From: Methanocellales archaeon | GTDB taxonomy: Archaea > Halobacteriota > JAWCLZ01 | Direction: 5' to 3' | Assembly (NCBI GenBank): GCA_038850285.1 | Contig: JAWCMA010000003.1 | Location: 1-56,212, forward strand | Length of the DNA stretch: 56,212 bases | Part shown: positions 45,926-53,416 of the stretch, piece after piece | How positions within the stretch are numbered: position 1 is the stretch's first letter | Layout of the letters: every line of letters starts with the position of its first letter | Notes under the pieces: generated by a model | Database searches by the model: none | What the model was told of the DNA's origin: nothing | Seen by the model: only the letters and a program-made list of their open reading frames with translations | Program-made: the position numbers and the translations under genes

Positions 45926-45997
45926 CCGAGAGTTTACTCTTTCGAGTTTTTCCCTCCTTTTTTCACCTCCATACCCCTGTCTCGAAAGTCCTCTCGG
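45926..45997 (-). promoter_or_regulatory. 72-nt two-stem hairpin with purine-rich loop in the putative 5' leader of the MFS gene
   Basis: On the minus strand: CCGAGAG-GA-CUUUCGAG-[33 nt A/G-rich loop containing GGAGGUGA]-CUCGAAAG-AGUAAA-CUCUCGG. This gives perfect stems of 7 bp and 8 bp. Confidence 0.5.
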
Positions 45998-46224
45998 ATT
46001 TGATAAGTCCCTTTTCCGTCCTCTTTTTAATTTTTGCACCGCGTCACCCATTTTTTATTATTTCGCTGACTTTGTAGCTGAACTCTGCTTTCATGCCATT
46101 ATAGATGTTATCTGGGTTTAACTCAGTGACGGAATGGACTTTAACGATTTATAATCATAAACTATATTCTACTTATACTTTGCGATTCATTCTAATCGAG
46201 TTTCGGGAGCAGCTTCGGGAGCTA

Positions 46225-46294
46225 ATTTCGTTTATTGACGATTATTATTACGTTTATCTTTGGAATAATATATAAAGATTTCGTTTATTGCCGA
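46225..46294. repeat. 17-nt direct repeat pair in a long intergenic region
   Basis: ATTTCGTTTATTGACGA (46225-46241) and ATTTCGTTTATTGCCGA (46278-46294) match at 16 of 17 positions. A partial copy, ACGTTTAT, lies between them. Confidence 0.6.
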
Positions 46295-46413
46295 AATCAT
46301 AATTTTAGTTTATTTTTAAATATCAATTTTAATATTAATTAAATTTTTTTAATATAATATTTACAATAAAATGAAATAAACCATATATAATACCTGCACC
46401 CAATTATATTAAC

Positions 46414-47538
46414 ATGGATAAAGAGGAGCTGAGAATCTACAGTGGAAAACTAATTATACTCAACGTCTTCGATCACGGCGGGCAGATCGAAAAGGAGAAG
46501 CTCTGCAGAGCATTAAACTGCCCAGTTAGTTTGGACTGGGATAAACCAGTGGAAATAAAACTAGGGGAGAGCGAAGGCATAATTGCCTCTAAAGGCGAAG
46601 AGAAACCCTGCAGAATAAAGGTATACTCTGATTTATTCCCAGCGGGCTCTTCAATTATAAGAGTGGAGATAGAATTCAGCAATGCAAACTTCGCACTTCT
46701 AGACCTAACTAGAGCAATTCACAGCCCAGCGATTTACATAGATGGCGAAGAACTATATGGCTATGTAAACAAGCGAGTGGAAGAAATAAGAGATAAGCTA
46801 AAACCATACGTTGAGAGCAATTACTTAATTGAAAAAGGCTACTACCCTTGGATAAGCGATTACGCCATTTTAAAAGTCAGCGAGTTCACGCCAAAGGTGA
46901 ATCAAAATGAACTCAAAAGAACCTATGGATCAGAGCTCACCTTATTCCTCTCAGGAGAGGCAAGCACTAGAATTCTCCATGGAAAGGAAATCGCAGAAAA
47001 GCTAAGCCACGATATTTCCTACTACGATGACGAGCTATTCCTCGCTGCCTATGAATATGCCCTCGTTTGGAAATGCGATGACTACTTCACTGAGCTATTG
47101 CGCTACATCGAACTCGCCCTCTCCCTATCGCTAACTTTTCACGCCTACGACTGGCGCATTGACAGCGAAATTGAAGAAGCATATAATGCAATAAAACTAG
47201 CTCAAAGACCACTCATCTTCAGCCAAGCACCCCGCAAGCTGGAAAAAGCTTTGCTAAAAGTAAGCGAGATGCATTTAGATATCCTAGACAACATCGAAGA
47301 CCTAATGAACCCAGTAAAGATAACTCCAGACTGGTACTATCAATCAGCCTATGAGCGAATTCTAAAGATTTTAAAAGTCAATGAATTTGAAAAAATAGTG
47401 GAGGAAAAAATCCACACCCTGCAAGAACTATACAACACTAGTCAAGAAATCTCCTATAGCAAAATCGCAATGATACTTGAAATATTAATCGTCCTGCTAA
47501 TAGCATTTGAAATCGTGCTCTTTTTATGGATAATTTGA
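46414..47538 (+). CDS. tail-anchored hypothetical protein, possibly DUF155/RMD1(YagE)-like
   Basis: 374 aa, soluble body with a single C-terminal TM (IAMILEILIVLLIAFEIVLFLWII). The family suggestion rests only on my recollection of the C-terminal LE..I..LI..E pattern. Confidence 0.6.
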   Translation: MDKEELRIYSGKLIILNVFDHGGQIEKEKLCRALNCPVSLDWDKPVEIKLGESEGIIASKGEEKPCRIKVYSDLFPAGSSIIRVEIEFSNANFALLDLTRAIHSPAIYIDGEELYGYVNKRVEEIRDKLKPYVESNYLIEKGYYPWISDYAILKVSEFTPKVNQNELKRTYGSELTLFLSGEASTRILHGKEIAEKLSHDISYYDDELFLAAYEYALVWKCDDYFTELLRYIELALSLSLTFHAYDWRIDSEIEEAYNAIKLAQRPLIFSQAPRKLEKALLKVSEMHLDILDNIEDLMNPVKITPDWYYQSAYERILKILKVNEFEKIVEEKIHTLQELYNTSQEISYSKIAMILEILIVLLIAFEIVLFLWII

Positions 47539-47545
47539 AATAGAT

Positions 47546-48046
47546 ATGCCTATGAAAATCGGAATAATGGCAGATACCCATGATAATATAGAAGCAATAA
47601 ATAAAGCAATAGCATTTTTCAACGAGCAAAAAGTGAGCCAAGTTATCCACTGCGGAGATATAATTGCACCCAGTGTAGCTCCTCTCTTCAAAGCACTAAA
47701 GCCAAAGCTAAAAGTTGTATTCGGCAATAACGATGGCGACCGCTACACTCTGCGCAGGCGATTAGAAGCTCAGGGAGCAGAGGTCTACGAGGATTTTGGA
47801 GAGCTCGTGATAAATGGAGAGCGAATTTGCTTCCTCCACGGCACAGTGGAAGCAATAGTAAGCGCACTTATCAAGAGCAATATCTACAAAGCAGTTATAA
47901 GAGCCCATTCACATCAAGCAAACATAATCCAAGGCGAAACTCTGCTGATAAACCCAGGAGAAGCAAGCGGCATGCTCACCGGGAGGAAAAGCATTGCAAC
48001 ATACGATTTGAAGAGAAATAAAGCCGAGATAGTGGAATTGAGGTAA
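47546..48046 (+). CDS. metallophosphoesterase, YfcE/MJ0936 family
   Basis: ADTHDN, HCGDI, GNNDGD, LHGT and AHSH motif series. Confidence 0.9.
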   Translation: MPMKIGIMADTHDNIEAINKAIAFFNEQKVSQVIHCGDIIAPSVAPLFKALKPKLKVVFGNNDGDRYTLRRRLEAQGAEVYEDFGELVINGERICFLHGTVEAIVSALIKSNIYKAVIRAHSHQANIIQGETLLINPGEASGMLTGRKSIATYDLKRNKAEIVELR

Positions 48047-48092
48047 GTAAAGATTGATTAAATATTTATCCCCCTGAAGCAATTAAGAAATT

Positions 48093-48293
48093 ATGGAAAG
48101 GAAAATTCTAGCTATCCTTTTCGCCTTATTAGCTGTGGCGGTCTTCACTGGATATCTACTTGGCACTTGGTATACTCGAGTTACATACACAAGCTATCCC
48201 TATGGATATGCATTTCAAGGATACCCTTCAGGCGTAGGAATGATGGGTTATTATGGACAGGGAATGATGGGCAGCTATGGAAATATGATGTGA
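48093..48293 (+). CDS. TM anchor + Gly/Met/Tyr-rich segment (first of three colinear in-frame ORFs)
   Basis: N-terminal TM ILAILFALLAVAVFTGYLLG, then YPYGYAFQGYPSGVGMMGYYGQGMMGSYGNMM. It ends at TGA 48291-48293. Confidence 0.5.
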   Translation: MERKILAILFALLAVAVFTGYLLGTWYTRVTYTSYPYGYAFQGYPSGVGMMGYYGQGMMGSYGNMM

Positions 48294-48296
48294 TAT

Positions 48297-48545
48297 ATGA
48301 CTCAGATGATGGGTGGAAATATGCTTGTAAGCGGTGGCACTCCCTACAATTCAAATGGAAGCTTAATAAAGCTAGAGCAAGCTAGAGAAATTGCAAAGAA
48401 ATACCTAGCAGCGCTGAGCAATCCCGATTTAGAACTAGCTGACCTAGAGGAATGGGAATTCAATTTCTATGCAGAGTTTAAAGAGAAAAGCACAGGTATA
48501 AAAGCATTTCAAATAGTCATCGATAAATATAATGGTATAATCTAA
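48297..48545 (+). CDS. PepSY-like module (second in-frame ORF)
   Basis: MTQMMGGNM... then LEQAREIAKKYLA...FQIVIDKYNGII. It is in the same frame as the preceding ORF, 3 nt after its stop. Confidence 0.5.
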   Translation: MTQMMGGNMLVSGGTPYNSNGSLIKLEQAREIAKKYLAALSNPDLELADLEEWEFNFYAEFKEKSTGIKAFQIVIDKYNGII

Positions 48546-48551
48546 CCAGAA

Positions 48552-48833
48552 ATGGGGCCAAATATGATGTGGAATACAAAATATGGAATGATGGGAGCGC
48601 AAGATGCAATGACCTTAACAAAGGAGCAAGCAAAAAGCTTAGCCCAACAATTTCTAGATTCTAGGCTGCCAGGTACGCAAGCAGAAGAAAGCGGCTTGTT
48701 TTACGGCTACTACCACTTCGATGTTAAAAAAGATGGCAAAATGTATGGAATGCTAGATGTAAATGGCTACTCAGGAATTGTGTGGTATCACACTTGGCAC
48801 GGTAATTTTATACAGGAAGACCAGAGCTTATAA
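48552..48833 (+). CDS. PepSY-like module (third in-frame ORF)
   Basis: MGPNMMWNTKYGMMG... then TKEQAKSLAQQFL...GMLDVNGYSGIVWYHTWHG. It is in the same frame again, 6 nt after the TAA at 48543-48545. Confidence 0.5.
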   Translation: MGPNMMWNTKYGMMGAQDAMTLTKEQAKSLAQQFLDSRLPGTQAEESGLFYGYYHFDVKKDGKMYGMLDVNGYSGIVWYHTWHGNFIQEDQSL

Positions 48834-48839
48834 AAAGCA

Positions 48840-48914
48840 TGGGGTTGCTGAGATTCGAACTCAGGTCACGGCGTCCCGAACGCCGTAGGATGAACCAGGC
48901 TACCCCACAACCCC
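48840..48914 (-). tRNA. tRNA-Pro(CGG)
   Basis: Hand-folded: acceptor GGGGTTG/CAACCCC, anticodon stem CGGCG/CGCCG with loop UU-CGG-GA, T arm CTGAG-TTCGAAT-CTCAG, discriminator A. Confidence 0.92.
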
Positions 48915-49103
48915 TTAGTGATAAGGTGAAAAAGTATCTATGAATTCAACGTGAGAGAGCAGCATGCGCCGGCAGCAATATCTTGTAATACCAAGCTCAT
49001 CAAGCACTTTACCCGGCGGCTCTCCCTCTTGCATCCTGCGCTTGTATTCATCCCATACATTTGAAATTACCTTACCGCATGTGAAACAGCGCACTGGTAT
49101 CAT
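48915..49103 (-). CDS. rpoN: DNA-directed RNA polymerase subunit N (Rpo10)
   Basis: [13 protein letters not shown]...[12 protein letters not shown]. Confidence 0.92.
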   Translation of the reverse strand: MIPVRCFTCGKVISNVWDEYKRRMQEGEPPGKVLDELGITRYCCRRMLLSHVEFIDTFSPYH

Positions 49104-49108
49104 ATTTT

Positions 49109-49510
49109 TCACCTATAAGACTTCTGCCTTCGCTTTCTCGCCCCTCTACCCCCCATTTTCTTAGGCTCCTTCAAGCGAACATCGTTAACTAGTAGAGTTC
49201 TATCGTGTGCGAGGAAAATTTCTTTAAGCGCGGAGTCATTTGTCCATTCAACTAACCCGCGGGCAATCGCGGTTCTAGCAGCATCAGCTTGACCTGCAAA
49301 TCCCCCGCCTTTAGCTTCTACATCTATATCTATTTCATTCACAAGAGAGCCTGCAAGCATAAGTGGCTCTAGGAGTTTTAAGCGAATGAGCTCGGGCTCA
49401 ACTATTTCAACTGGAATTTTATTGAATCTAACTCTACCCTTTCCCTTACTTAAAATTGCTCTTGCAATCGCGGTTTTCCGCTTCCCACTTGCACATACCA
49501 CCTTAACCAT
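49109..49510 (-). CDS. rps9: 30S ribosomal protein S9 (uS9)
   Basis: [10 protein letters not shown] near the N-terminus and a C-terminal ...[14 protein letters not shown]. Confidence 0.95.
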   Translation of the reverse strand: MVKVVCASGKRKTAIARAILSKGKGRVRFNKIPVEIVEPELIRLKLLEPLMLAGSLVNEIDIDVEAKGGGFAGQADAARTAIARGLVEWTNDSALKEIFLAHDRTLLVNDVRLKEPKKMGGRGARKRRQKSYR

Positions 49511-49519
49511 TAATTCACC

Positions 49520-49945
49520 TCAGAACTTCGCACCCAGCATTTTACTGAGATCACCCAGCTTTATATATTTAGCCAAGCTTAATCGAGACATTGAGGCGAG
49601 CTCGATACTCTCAAATTCCATTTCTCTGCTCTTAAGCTCATCTGGTATACCTATATATATCCTTAACCTCGCCAGTGCCTCTTTGCCTTTCTTCTGCCTA
49701 TAGGGAAGCATGCTTCTTATGGTTCTCTTCATAATTTGATCAGGCATTCTAGGGAAATAAGGACCTTTTTCTCTACTTCCTTTATCCCGCATGGCTTTAT
49801 ATTCTTTAAATGTATTTTCCTCGCTGCCTGAAATAACAGCTTTTTCAATATTCACAATCGCAATCTCCTCTCCAAGTAAAAGCCGCTTTGCAACGATGCT
49901 AGCTAATCTACCGAGAATGAGGCCATCTGCATTGATAATCGCCAT
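49520..49945 (-). CDS. rpl13: 50S ribosomal protein L13 (uL13)
   Basis: MAIINADGLILGRLASIVAKRLLLGEEIAIVN. The start is placed at ATG 49945. The track's extension to 50020 overlaps the L18e gene. Confidence 0.93.
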   Translation of the reverse strand: MAIINADGLILGRLASIVAKRLLLGEEIAIVNIEKAVISGSEENTFKEYKAMRDKGSREKGPYFPRMPDQIMKRTIRSMLPYRQKKGKEALARLRIYIGIPDELKSREMEFESIELASMSRLSLAKYIKLGDLSKMLGAKF

Positions 49946-49953
49946 TAAACCAC

Positions 49954-50334
49954 CTATTGAAAGATCTTCACTCCCCTGCCCTTTGGATTTAAATCCAGGA
50001 GCTCCTCGATCGTCAAGCATTTGCCATTTAAACTCAAAATTTGCTTAGCAGCTGAGCTGCTGAAATCAAGCGCAGCTACAGTTACCGCATGGTTTAAACT
50101 CCCGCTTCCAAGCACCTTGCCAGGTACAACTATAACGTCATTCTCCTTGGTATAGCGATTGATTCTACTGAGGTTAGCTTCAGCATAATTTCTCCTAGGT
50201 CTCTCAAGCCTCTCAGCGATGTCCCTCCAGATCTTGACATTTTGCTCCCTTGATTTAGCTTTCAAATCATTGATTAGCTTAATTATCCTTGAATTGGTCT
50301 TTCTCATTCGCTTCATCTTATTCCCCGGATTCAA
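49954..50334 (-). CDS. rpl18e: 50S ribosomal protein L18e (eL18)
   Basis: WRDIAERLERPRRNYAEANLSRINR...VVVPGKVLGSG...VTVAALDFS pattern. Confidence 0.88.
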   Translation of the reverse strand: MNPGNKMKRMRKTNSRIIKLINDLKAKSREQNVKIWRDIAERLERPRRNYAEANLSRINRYTKENDVIVVPGKVLGSGSLNHAVTVAALDFSSSAAKQILSLNGKCLTIEELLDLNPKGRGVKIFQ

Positions 50335-50397
50335 AAAGCGAAACTAATATTATCTACATCAGACTATAAATCCCTTTCGATGCCTTTTGAAAAAACA

Positions 50398-50487
50398 TGC
50401 GCCGACCGGGATTCGAACCCGGGTTAGAGGCTATCTCCCGAACCAAAAGATGGAAGGCCTCAGTCATAACCGCTAGACCATCGGCGC
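50398..50487 (-). tRNA. tRNA-Gly(UCC) with an 18-nt intron at 37/38
   Basis: Hand-folded: acceptor GCGCCGA/TCGGCGC, anticodon stem GAGGC/GCCTC with loop CU-UCC-A[intron TCTTTTGGTTCGGGAGAT]A, T arm CCGGG-TTCGAAT-CCCGG, discriminator A. Confidence 0.85.
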
Positions 50488-50602
50488 TTGATTATAAGTT
50501 CAATGCTTGAAAATTTAATCCTTTCGCTTTAGATGCTAGGCCAATAATTACGCCAATAATTATAACTATAAGAAAGCAAATCAAATTCTTTGAGGAATTG
50601 CA

Positions 50603-51301
50603 ATGAGTCTTATTAATAGAATTAGCACTGCAATTAAGGCAAAAGTTCACAAGATTCTTGAGACCTTCGAAGACCCTAGGGAGACTCTTGATTATTCCTA
50701 TGAAAAACAGCTTGAGCTCCTGCAAAAGGTCAAGCGAGGCATAGCTGAGGTGGTAACTTCTAAGAAGCGCTTAGAATTGCAAAAGGCAAAACTCGAGGAA
50801 ACTGTGAATAAACTCAATGCTCAAGCAAGAGAAGCAGTGGCACTTGGAAGAGACGATCTAGCGAAGCTCGCGCTTGAGCGCAAGCGTCAAACCATGGAGC
50901 AAATCGATGCTATTTCAGCGCAAATAGCACAGCTTGATCTCGAGGAGCAAAAGCTAATTGCAAGTGAAAGAAGGCTGAGTGCAAAAGTGGAGGAATTTAG
51001 AACTAGGAAGGAAACAATCAAGGCAACCTATACCGCTGCAGAGGCACAGGTTAAAATCACTGAAGCTGTCACTGGCATATCAGAGGAGATGGAGGACATT
51101 GGCATAACGATTCAGCGTGCAGAGGATAAAACCGAGAAAATGAAAGCCAGAGCAGCTGCTCTCGAAGAACTCGTTGCAAAGGGCACTTTAGTCGACCTAA
51201 CAAGCAGCAGAGATGAAGTTGAGCGCCAGCTCGCAGAGCTGCGAATCGCTAGTGATGTTGAAAAAGAACTCGCTATTCTCAAGCAAGAGGTGAGAAAATG
51301 A
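50603..51301 (+). CDS. pspA: PspA/IM30 (Vipp1, ESCRT-III superfamily) protein
   Basis: N-terminal amphipathic MSLINRISTAIKAKVHKILE, then FEDPRETLDYSYEKQLELL and a long coiled coil. Confidence 0.9.
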   Translation: MSLINRISTAIKAKVHKILETFEDPRETLDYSYEKQLELLQKVKRGIAEVVTSKKRLELQKAKLEETVNKLNAQAREAVALGRDDLAKLALERKRQTMEQIDAISAQIAQLDLEEQKLIASERRLSAKVEEFRTRKETIKATYTAAEAQVKITEAVTGISEEMEDIGITIQRAEDKTEKMKARAAALEELVAKGTLVDLTSSRDEVERQLAELRIASDVEKELAILKQEVRK

Positions 51302-51576
51302 TCATCCGCATAATGGGCGACCAGCAATATGAAGTTAAAAGCAGTATTATAGACCGGCTTAATAAAATTGATAACAAAATAGTTGAACTAGTTGCCAAGG
51401 GAGATGAAAAAAACTTCAAAAAGGAACTCTCAAGGATGATCAACTTGGTGAGAAAAAAGGGCAAGCCCCTGGATCCAAAGGTAATAGTTGAATCACAGCT
51501 CATTATCCCCCCTGAAGACTTAACTCTAGAAGAAGCTAAGAAGATATTCAGCGGCGAGGGAATAATACCAGGCTAG
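51298..51576 (+). CDS. PspA-associated small protein (PspAA-like)
   Basis: Its ATG overlaps the pspA stop (ATGA). MIIRIMGDQQYEV...LNKIDNKIVELV..GDEKNF...LIIPPEDLTLEEAKKIF matches my recollection of the PspAA family. Confidence 0.65.
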   Translation: MIIRIMGDQQYEVKSSIIDRLNKIDNKIVELVAKGDEKNFKKELSRMINLVRKKGKPLDPKVIVESQLIIPPEDLTLEEAKKIFSGEGIIPG

Positions 51577-51668
51577 AGTACCTATAATGGAGGCTGAGTA
51601 GAGTAAAGAAGGCGCAATTATAGTATAGGTATAGATTATATATCACAAAGTGCATTTTTAATCGCAGC

Positions 51669-52865
51669 ATGAAATACGCGATTATAATTGGCGATGGGAT
51701 GGCGGATTATCCCATTAAGGAATTGAATGGAAAAACGCCATTAGAAGTCGCTAGCACGCCGAATATGGACTATATCGCTAAGCATGGTAAATGTGGAATG
51801 GCAAGAAATGTCCCGGATGGAATGGAGCCCGGGAGCGATGTGGCAAATCTCTCTATCCTTGGATTCGACCCTCGAAGGTATTATACTGGTAGAGGCCCGC
51901 TTGAGGCAGCCAGTGCAGGGATAAAACTTGGAAAAAAAGACGTTGCCTTCAGATGCAATTTAATAACTGAGAACAATGGTACCCTGCTCGACTACAGCGC
52001 TGGCCATATTAAAACCGAGGAATCCAGGGAACTCATGCCCTTCATCGATAGAGCACTTGGTAATGAAAAAGTGAAATTCTACCCAGGGGTAAGCTACCGC
52101 AATCTTCTGGTAATAAGAGACCTGGAATATGAAAAAGTACAGTGCACACCTCCCCACGATATAATTGGACTTGAAATTGAGAAATACTTTCCTAAGGGAA
52201 AAACCCGGCAGGCTAAGTTTTTAACCAGCTTGATATTAAAATCCAAGTCAATTTTAGAGTCCCATGAGATAAATAAAAAGCGCAGGGAACTCGGGGAAAA
52301 TCAAGCAAATATGATCTGGATGTGGGGACAGGGGAGGAGACCTGAGCTTCCTTCCTTTAAAGAAAAATTTGGAGTGGAAGGCGGTATGATAAGCGCAGTC
52401 GATCTCTTGAGGGGAATTGCAATATATGCAGGTCTTAAGATCATAAATGTACCTGCTATAACTGGCTACTTTGATACTAATTACAGGGGAAAAGCTGAGT
52501 ATGCACTAAAAGCACTTAAGGAAATGGACTTCATCTGCGTGCACGTGGAAGCACCTGATGAAGCTTCCCATCAAGGCAGCGCTGAGCTTAAGCTAAAGGC
52601 AATTATGGACTTCGATAGATATGTAGTGGGCGGGATTTTAAAGGGCATAAAAAAATTCTCCTCATATAAAATATTAATATGCCCAGATCACCCCACTCCC
52701 CTCTCACTGAGAACCCATTCCAACGAGCCTGTGCCCTTTGCAATAATGTCCTCGAGAAATGAAAAAGACGATGTGGAAGCATTCAACGAAGTTACCGCGA
52801 AGCAAGGCGGATATGGCTATATCAAAGGCCACGAACTCATGAATTTAATGTTTGAGAAATGTTAA
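51669..52865 (+). CDS. apgM: 2,3-bisphosphoglycerate-independent phosphoglycerate mutase, archaeal type
   Basis: MKYAIIIGDGMADYP N-terminus, HVEAPDEASHQG, CPDHPTP. Confidence 0.92.
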   Translation: MKYAIIIGDGMADYPIKELNGKTPLEVASTPNMDYIAKHGKCGMARNVPDGMEPGSDVANLSILGFDPRRYYTGRGPLEAASAGIKLGKKDVAFRCNLITENNGTLLDYSAGHIKTEESRELMPFIDRALGNEKVKFYPGVSYRNLLVIRDLEYEKVQCTPPHDIIGLEIEKYFPKGKTRQAKFLTSLILKSKSILESHEINKKRRELGENQANMIWMWGQGRRPELPSFKEKFGVEGGMISAVDLLRGIAIYAGLKIINVPAITGYFDTNYRGKAEYALKALKEMDFICVHVEAPDEASHQGSAELKLKAIMDFDRYVVGGILKGIKKFSSYKILICPDHPTPLSLRTHSNEPVPFAIMSSRNEKDDVEAFNEVTAKQGGYGYIKGHELMNLMFEKC

Positions 52866-53128
52866 ATTCTTGTTACTCCCACCACTTCAACGCTTTCCAC
52901 GCCTTTTATTTTTCCAAATGCTTGCTCCACGCTCTCAGTGCCACCCTCAGCGTCTTCTAGAATAACATTCACCAGCAGAGCACGCAATCCAAAAGCAATT
53001 GGCTTTATCTTCACCGCTCCTATTTTAACCCCAGGAGGGCAGTTTTTAATCACTTCATTCTTCAGCTCAAGCAAATCTGTTTCCACGCCCTCGGGCATTA
53101 TCTTAATCTGCGCAAGTACCTCTGCCAC
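52862..53128 (-). CDS. translation elongation factor aEF-1 beta
   Basis: (M)AEVLAQIKIMPEGVETDL...IAFGLRAL...EDAEGGTE... A GTG start at 53128 reproduces the usual distance from the start to the MPE motif. The track's longer start overlaps the upstream zinc-ribbon gene. Confidence 0.88.
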   Translation of the reverse strand: MAEVLAQIKIMPEGVETDLLELKNEVIKNCPPGVKIGAVKIKPIAFGLRALLVNVILEDAEGGTESVEQAFGKIKGVESVEVVGVTRI

Positions 53129-53136
53129 GATCTCAC

Positions 53137-53322
53137 CTAAGGTCCTAGGAAACCGCATTTCTTGCATATATATTGATTGCTCTGTTGCCTGCACTTAGCA
53201 CACCTCCCCAAGGACTCGCCGCAGTTGGGACAGGGGAAGCGCGTGAATCCCTTGCCAAAAAGCCTGACTCCACAGGAAATGCAGTATTCCACATTCAATT
53301 TCAGCATAGCATTTTCTCCCAT
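53137..53322 (-). CDS. Zn-ribbon protein of the type usually found upstream of aEF-1 beta (COG2888-like)
   Basis: CISCG...CPNCG...CAKC...CKKCG. The start is placed at ATG 53322 or 53307. Confidence 0.75.
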   Translation of the reverse strand: MGENAMLKLNVEYCISCGVRLFGKGFTRFPCPNCGESLGRCAKCRQQSNQYICKKCGFLGP

Positions 53323-53416
53323 CGAGATTTCATAGAATATAATTGCATGAAGCATAAACATTACTATTAATATTAAAAACATTTATCTGCAGCTGTTTCA
53401 TTAGGAGATATTTAAG

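Noticed and set aside
48291-48293. In-frame TGA as selenocysteine or a reassigned codon
   Set aside because: TGA terminates several well-supported genes here (permease 744-746, delta subunit 20641-20643, platform protein 31732-31734). The second interrupting stop is TAA, and the local Gly/Met-rich linker is not a redox-site context. Pseudogenisation or reinitiation is more parsimonious.
49946-50020. N-terminal extension of the L13 ORF
   Set aside because: It overlaps the L18e coding region. The conserved L13 N-terminus begins at MAIINADG.
50492-50725. 77-aa minus-strand ORF
   Set aside because: It overlaps the pspA 5' end and runs up to the tRNA-Gly gene. It has hydrophobic low-complexity composition.
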